A program made the translations under genes and the position numbers. The notes beneath the pieces were generated by a model that saw nothing but the letters and a program-made list of their open reading frames with translations, did not search any database and was not told the DNA's origin. A stretch of 64,000 nucleotides of DNA from an uncultured Methylomirabilota bacterium (GTDB lineage Bacteria; Methylomirabilota; Methylomirabilia; Methylomirabilales; 2-02-FULL-66-22): NCBI GenBank assembly GCA_963705305.1, contig OY970067.1, positions 2,464,001 through 2,528,000 on the forward strand, written 5' to 3'. Shown in pieces: positions 60,338 to 64,000 of this stretch. Each line of letters starts with the position of its first letter. Positions within the stretch are counted from its first letter, which is position 1.

Positions 60338-60409
60338 GCGACTGGGTCGTCGGCCGCCCGAGGAAAGGGCTTGCCTTGCCAGGCCGAGTTGATTACACTT
60401 CGACCCTAC

Positions 60410-60485
60410 GCCGGCGTAGCTCAGTTGGCAGAGCAGCGGTTTCGTAAACCGCAGGTCCTCGGTTCAAGTCCGAGCGCCGGCTCCA
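60410..60485 (+). tRNA. tRNA-Thr(CGT)
   Basis: 76-nt cloverleaf, anticodon arm GCGGT-TTCGTAA-ACCGC, encoded CCA. Confidence 0.97.
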
Positions 60486-60588
60486 GGACTGCCGCCCCCC
60501 AACTTCCCTGAGCGCCTTCCTCGCAGGGGAGTCCGTTTGAACTCCCTCTACGCGCGCCATCCTATCGGGTCCCTCGCTTGGCAATCGG

Positions 60589-61329
60589 TCAGCGTCTTCC
60601 CAGGTTGAGAACAAGCGAGAGACCCAAGAGGAGGATCATCATCAGGACAAGGAGGCGAAATCGTTCTTTGTCCACGTACCGATCCAACCAGACACCCGTC
60701 AGGATCCCCAGAAGGAGGGCGGGCGGGGTCCAGACATACAGCCAGAGAACGGGCGGCGTCAAATGATGCGCGACGGCATGCGATAAGACCGTCAACACGC
60801 CGCTCACGAGAAACAGCGACTGCAACCCCGCGCGGTATTCATTCTTGGGCCACTGTCGCAGGGCGCCATACACTATCAAGGGCGGGCCGGAGGTGTTATA
60901 CGCGCCCCCCAAGCTTCCGGACAGAAAGCCGGCAAGGTAGGCCCAGCGGGGTGAGCACCGCGACAGTGGGTGCGGACGCTTGAGACCGTAGAGGCCGTAC
61001 CCAATCAGGATCAACCCCAGCAGCAGCTTGACAGCGGATTCGCGGACGTTCGCGACCACCCAGATGCCCATCGGGACCCCGGCCACGGCGGTTGCCCCCA
61101 GCCGCCAGATCTCCCCCAGATTCAGCGATGCGCGATACCGGATACTGTTCACAGCATACAGGGTCAGGGCCGTCAGCGCGACCAAGGGGGCGGCCGTGCG
61201 CACGCCCAGGATCATGGTGACGATGGGCATCATGATCAGGGCGAAGGCAAAACCCGCCAGCGTCTGGAGCGTTGTGGCGAAGAAGGTGGCAACAACCAAG
61301 AGGTCCAGGGCCAAGGGATGGTCGGTCAT
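60589..61329 (-). CDS. Sulfite exporter TauE/SafE family protein
   Basis: QTLAGFAFAL, GFLSGSLGGAYNTSGPP; about 8 TM helices. Confidence 0.9.
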   Translation of the reverse strand: MTDHPLALDLLVVATFFATTLQTLAGFAFALIMMPIVTMILGVRTAAPLVALTALTLYAVNSIRYRASLNLGEIWRLGATAVAGVPMGIWVVANVRESAVKLLLGLILIGYGLYGLKRPHPLSRCSPRWAYLAGFLSGSLGGAYNTSGPPLIVYGALRQWPKNEYRAGLQSLFLVSGVLTVLSHAVAHHLTPPVLWLYVWTPPALLLGILTGVWLDRYVDKERFRLLVLMMILLLGLSLVLNLGRR

Positions 61330-61658
61330 GGTCAGCCTGTGGTGTGCCCCAAGTCTGGGCGGTCCGACCTAGCGGTGAGAAGACGGCGAGACAAGACGCG
61401 GACGGCACGTTTGGAGGCTCCGGGAACGGGGCGGGTGGACTGGGCGGCCACCGTCACCGCGCTCTCTCTCCTGAAGGCCTCAGATCCCGCGTCAAATGCT
61501 GCAACGCTCTCACGGCCAAGGGAGCGCTGTCAAGCCAAAAGCGGTGCGGCCTGGATGCCTGCGATCTGGCGGGCTACGGCGTCTCGGTGTCGGTGATGGT
61601 TTACCAGGAGAAGATGCAACGACACGACCAGAAAGCAATAGGGGACGGAATAGCAATA

Positions 61659-62725
61659 GGGGACGTTGCATCCGAACACTCCTGGTGCTATCCTCAGCCT
61701 GCCATGCCTCGCCAACCGCGTCTCGATGCCCCGGGAATCTTGCATCATGTGATGGTGCGCGGCCTCGAACGCCGCCCGATCTTCCGGGATGATCTGGACC
61801 GGGCGGACTTCGTTGGCCGCCTGGCCGCGCTGGTACCGGCGACCAGCCTCACGGTGTACGCGTGGGCCATCCTCCCGAACCACGCCCACCTCCTGGTTCG
61901 GACGGGAAGCCGCCCCCTGAGCCGCGTAATGCGGGCGCTCCTCACGGGCTACGCAGGGGCGTTCAACCGCCGGCACCGGCGGGCCGGCCACCTCTTTCAG
62001 AATCGGTACAAGTCTATTGTGGTGGAGGAGGAGCCCTACCTCCTGGAGCTCGTTCGCTATCTCCACCTGAATCCCCTCCGCGCCGGCATCCTCCCGGAGC
62101 GCCGGACCCTCGACCGGTACCCTTGGACTGGCCATAGCGCCCTCCTGGGGACCGTCCCGCGCCCCTGGCAGGACACGGCCACCGTCCTGGCCCAATTCGG
62201 GTCCACGCCCGCCCGCGCAAGGAAGGGTTACCGTGCCTTCGTGGGTGCGGGCATCCCGCTGGGTCGGCGACCGGAGCTCCAGGGCGGCGGCTTGCGCCGC
62301 AGCCTCGGCGGCTGGACTGCAGTCGCATCCCTCCGCCACGGCCGGGAGGCCTTCACGGGGGACGAGCGGATCCTGGGCGGCAGCGCGTTCGTCGAGCGGT
62401 GCCGGCAGATGGCGGAGGAGGACACAGGGGCCTGGCCGCCTAGCGTGGCGCTCCACGCCTTGGTGACCGCCGTGTGCCGGGCCGTCGGTCTGACGCCCGA
62501 ATCCCTCCGGGGCGGCGGCCGGCGGACGGCGGTGCAGCGGGCGCGGGCGGGGATTGCGTATCTTTGGGTGGAGGTCTGCGCCCGCCCCGCCCGGCCACTG
62601 GCGGCCCCCATAGGAGTGCAGCCCGCCGCTGTCCTCAAGGCAGCCCAGCGTGGCGCCCGGGAAGCCGCGCGCTGGCGTGCTCTCCTGCCTCAAGATCGCT
62701 AGGAATGTCCGGATGCAACGTCCCC
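61659..62725 (+). mobile_element. TIR-bounded RAYT-like element
   Basis: Perfect 16-bp inverted repeats GGGGACGTTGCATCCG (61659-61674 and 62710-62725) enclosing only the transposase. Confidence 0.85.
61704..62702 (+). CDS. RAYT/Y1 HUH transposase with C-terminal helical extension
   Basis: MPRQPRL, HHVMVRG, PNHAHLL (HUH), GHLFQNRY, RYLHLNP. Confidence 0.92.
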   Translation: MPRQPRLDAPGILHHVMVRGLERRPIFRDDLDRADFVGRLAALVPATSLTVYAWAILPNHAHLLVRTGSRPLSRVMRALLTGYAGAFNRRHRRAGHLFQNRYKSIVVEEEPYLLELVRYLHLNPLRAGILPERRTLDRYPWTGHSALLGTVPRPWQDTATVLAQFGSTPARARKGYRAFVGAGIPLGRRPELQGGGLRRSLGGWTAVASLRHGREAFTGDERILGGSAFVERCRQMAEEDTGAWPPSVALHALVTAVCRAVGLTPESLRGGGRRTAVQRARAGIAYLWVEVCARPARPLAAPIGVQPAAVLKAAQRGAREAARWRALLPQDR

Positions 62726-63184
62726 AAGCTGTCACGGAAGCAAACCCGATGCCACCCCTGCGGGCCGTGTGGCCTGCGGGCCGCCGCGTGATTGCCGATG
62801 CACCCCAACTCCTTAGCCGGAGAAAAGGGCTCCGCCTTCTCCGGTTGACCGCAGCGGGGGCGTTCGCTAGGGTTTCCTGCATGGTGCTGGTTCCGGGCAT
62901 GCCTCCGCGTGGGTGCCGGAGGGGCCGAGCGACGAGACCGGAGGCGCCGCCGGGATCCCGCCGGATGAACGCCCCTGCCTCAGAGGCCTGCGGGGCTGGT
63001 CCGCCGGCGCCCGGATTCTTGTGTGCCTATTCTCTGTATGTTATGCTTTTCCTGTGTCGGAATGGGGAGCGCTGTCTGCGGGAAGAGCGCATGACTCCTC
63101 GACCGGCCGCATGAAAGGCCGGCGTCCTTGGGTGGGGCCACGGACGGCTCGAGGGCTGGCCAACATCCAGAAGTGGAGCGGGGA

Positions 63185-63607
63185 ATGAGCGTGATGGGCG
63201 GATCCAAGTGCTGGCTGTCGTGGGGCTGTGCGGTCGTCCTTCTGGCGGGAATCGCCGGCACGGCCTTCGCCGCAAGCCAGGACGGCGTCAAGCCGCCGTC
63301 GCCGCAGATGCAGGCCGAGGCGCACTACGAGCTCGGCGTGATGTACCATGAAAAGGTTTTCGAGTCCCTGGACCAGGCGATCGCCGAATACGAGAAGGCC
63401 GTCAAGCTCCGGCCGGACTACGCCGACGCCCATTTCCACCTGGCGCTAGCCCTCCACACCAAGGCTAAGCTGGGCACCGACGATCAGGCGCTCTACAAGA
63501 AGGCGGTGGCCGAGTACAAGCTGTATCTGAAATACAGCCCGCAGGGGGAGTTGGCCGCCAAGGCCAAGCTGAACATCCGCGCAGCGGAGGCGAGGCTGCG
63601 CCGCTAA
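63185..63607 (+). CDS. Secreted TPR protein
   Basis: Signal peptide; AEAHYELG and PDYADAHFHLA TPR motifs. Confidence 0.88.
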   Translation: MSVMGGSKCWLSWGCAVVLLAGIAGTAFAASQDGVKPPSPQMQAEAHYELGVMYHEKVFESLDQAIAEYEKAVKLRPDYADAHFHLALALHTKAKLGTDDQALYKKAVAEYKLYLKYSPQGELAAKAKLNIRAAEARLRR

Positions 63608-63638
63608 TCCGGCGCAGGGGAGAGCGGGGGTGAGGTCC

Positions 63639-64000
63639 ATGCAGTGGTGTGCAGCCTGTGCAGCGCGCTCGCAGGGCTGGGGACGCCGCCGATTCCTGGC
63701 GCTGCTCGGGCAGTCGCTTTTGGCGGTCGGTCTCTGGCCGCGGGCCAGCGCCGCCTACACTATCTTCGACGAGTCCGAGGACGTGAAGATCGGCCGGGAG
63801 ACCGACCCCGAGATCCTCAAGCAGCTCGGCTATTACGACGGTCCGGCCATCCAGAACTATGTGGCGGGGGTCGGCCAGCGCGTCGTGGCCACATCCGACA
63901 GCCGCTTCAGCTTCCAGTTCAAGGTCGTAGACCACCCCAGCGTCAACGCCATGGCGCTGCCGGGCGGCTTCGTGTACGTGACCCGCGGGATCCTCGCGAT
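63639..64000 (+). CDS. M48 family metalloprotease (3' truncated by window edge)
   Basis: RRRFL Tat-like signal; FQFKVVD, VNAMALPGGFVYVTRG. Confidence 0.88.
   Translation, partial: MQWCAACAARSQGWGRRRFLALLGQSLLAVGLWPRASAAYTIFDESEDVKIGRETDPEILKQLGYYDGPAIQNYVAGVGQRVVATSDSRFSFQFKVVDHPSVNAMALPGGFVYVTRGILA

Noticed and set aside
60410..62725. Prophage or island integrated at tRNA-Thr (or tRNA-Ala)
   Set aside because: No adjacent integrase and no duplicated tRNA 3' end found in the window

Overview
GC-rich bacterial chromosome segment. The gene repertoire loosely suggests a Methylomirabilota/NC10-like organism, but this is inference only. Most of it is housekeeping, transport and metabolic genes: asnS, glgC, ilvD, ade, radC, lexA, udgB, NRAMP/MgtE-type Mg uptake, TRAP and sugar ABC transporters with uxuA, tRNA-Ala(CGC) and tRNA-Thr(CGT). 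These are interspersed with mobile DNA: an IS1380 element plus a related 150-bp MITE, a TIR-flanked RAYT-like HUH transposase with two orphan ends, two stop-codon-targeting MITE-like repeats, two integron attC sites (one closing a mazEF cassette), two TA pairs and many deleted gene remnants. The best candidate for an undescribed system is at 42.0-47.7 kb. It has two cysteine-free ArsA/Get3-like ATPases with complementary degenerate catalytic motifs, two paralogous ~92-aa hydrophobic proteins, and a membrane-anchored protein whose motif spacing resembles eukaryotic CCDC47 (PAT complex). Other highlights are an AAA+ ATPase with no N-domain that ends in the proteasome-docking motif GQYL, a candidate new LexA box, and four frameshifts that all arise from the same GACGTC-to-GACGTTC change (probably a base-modification-driven sequencing error).
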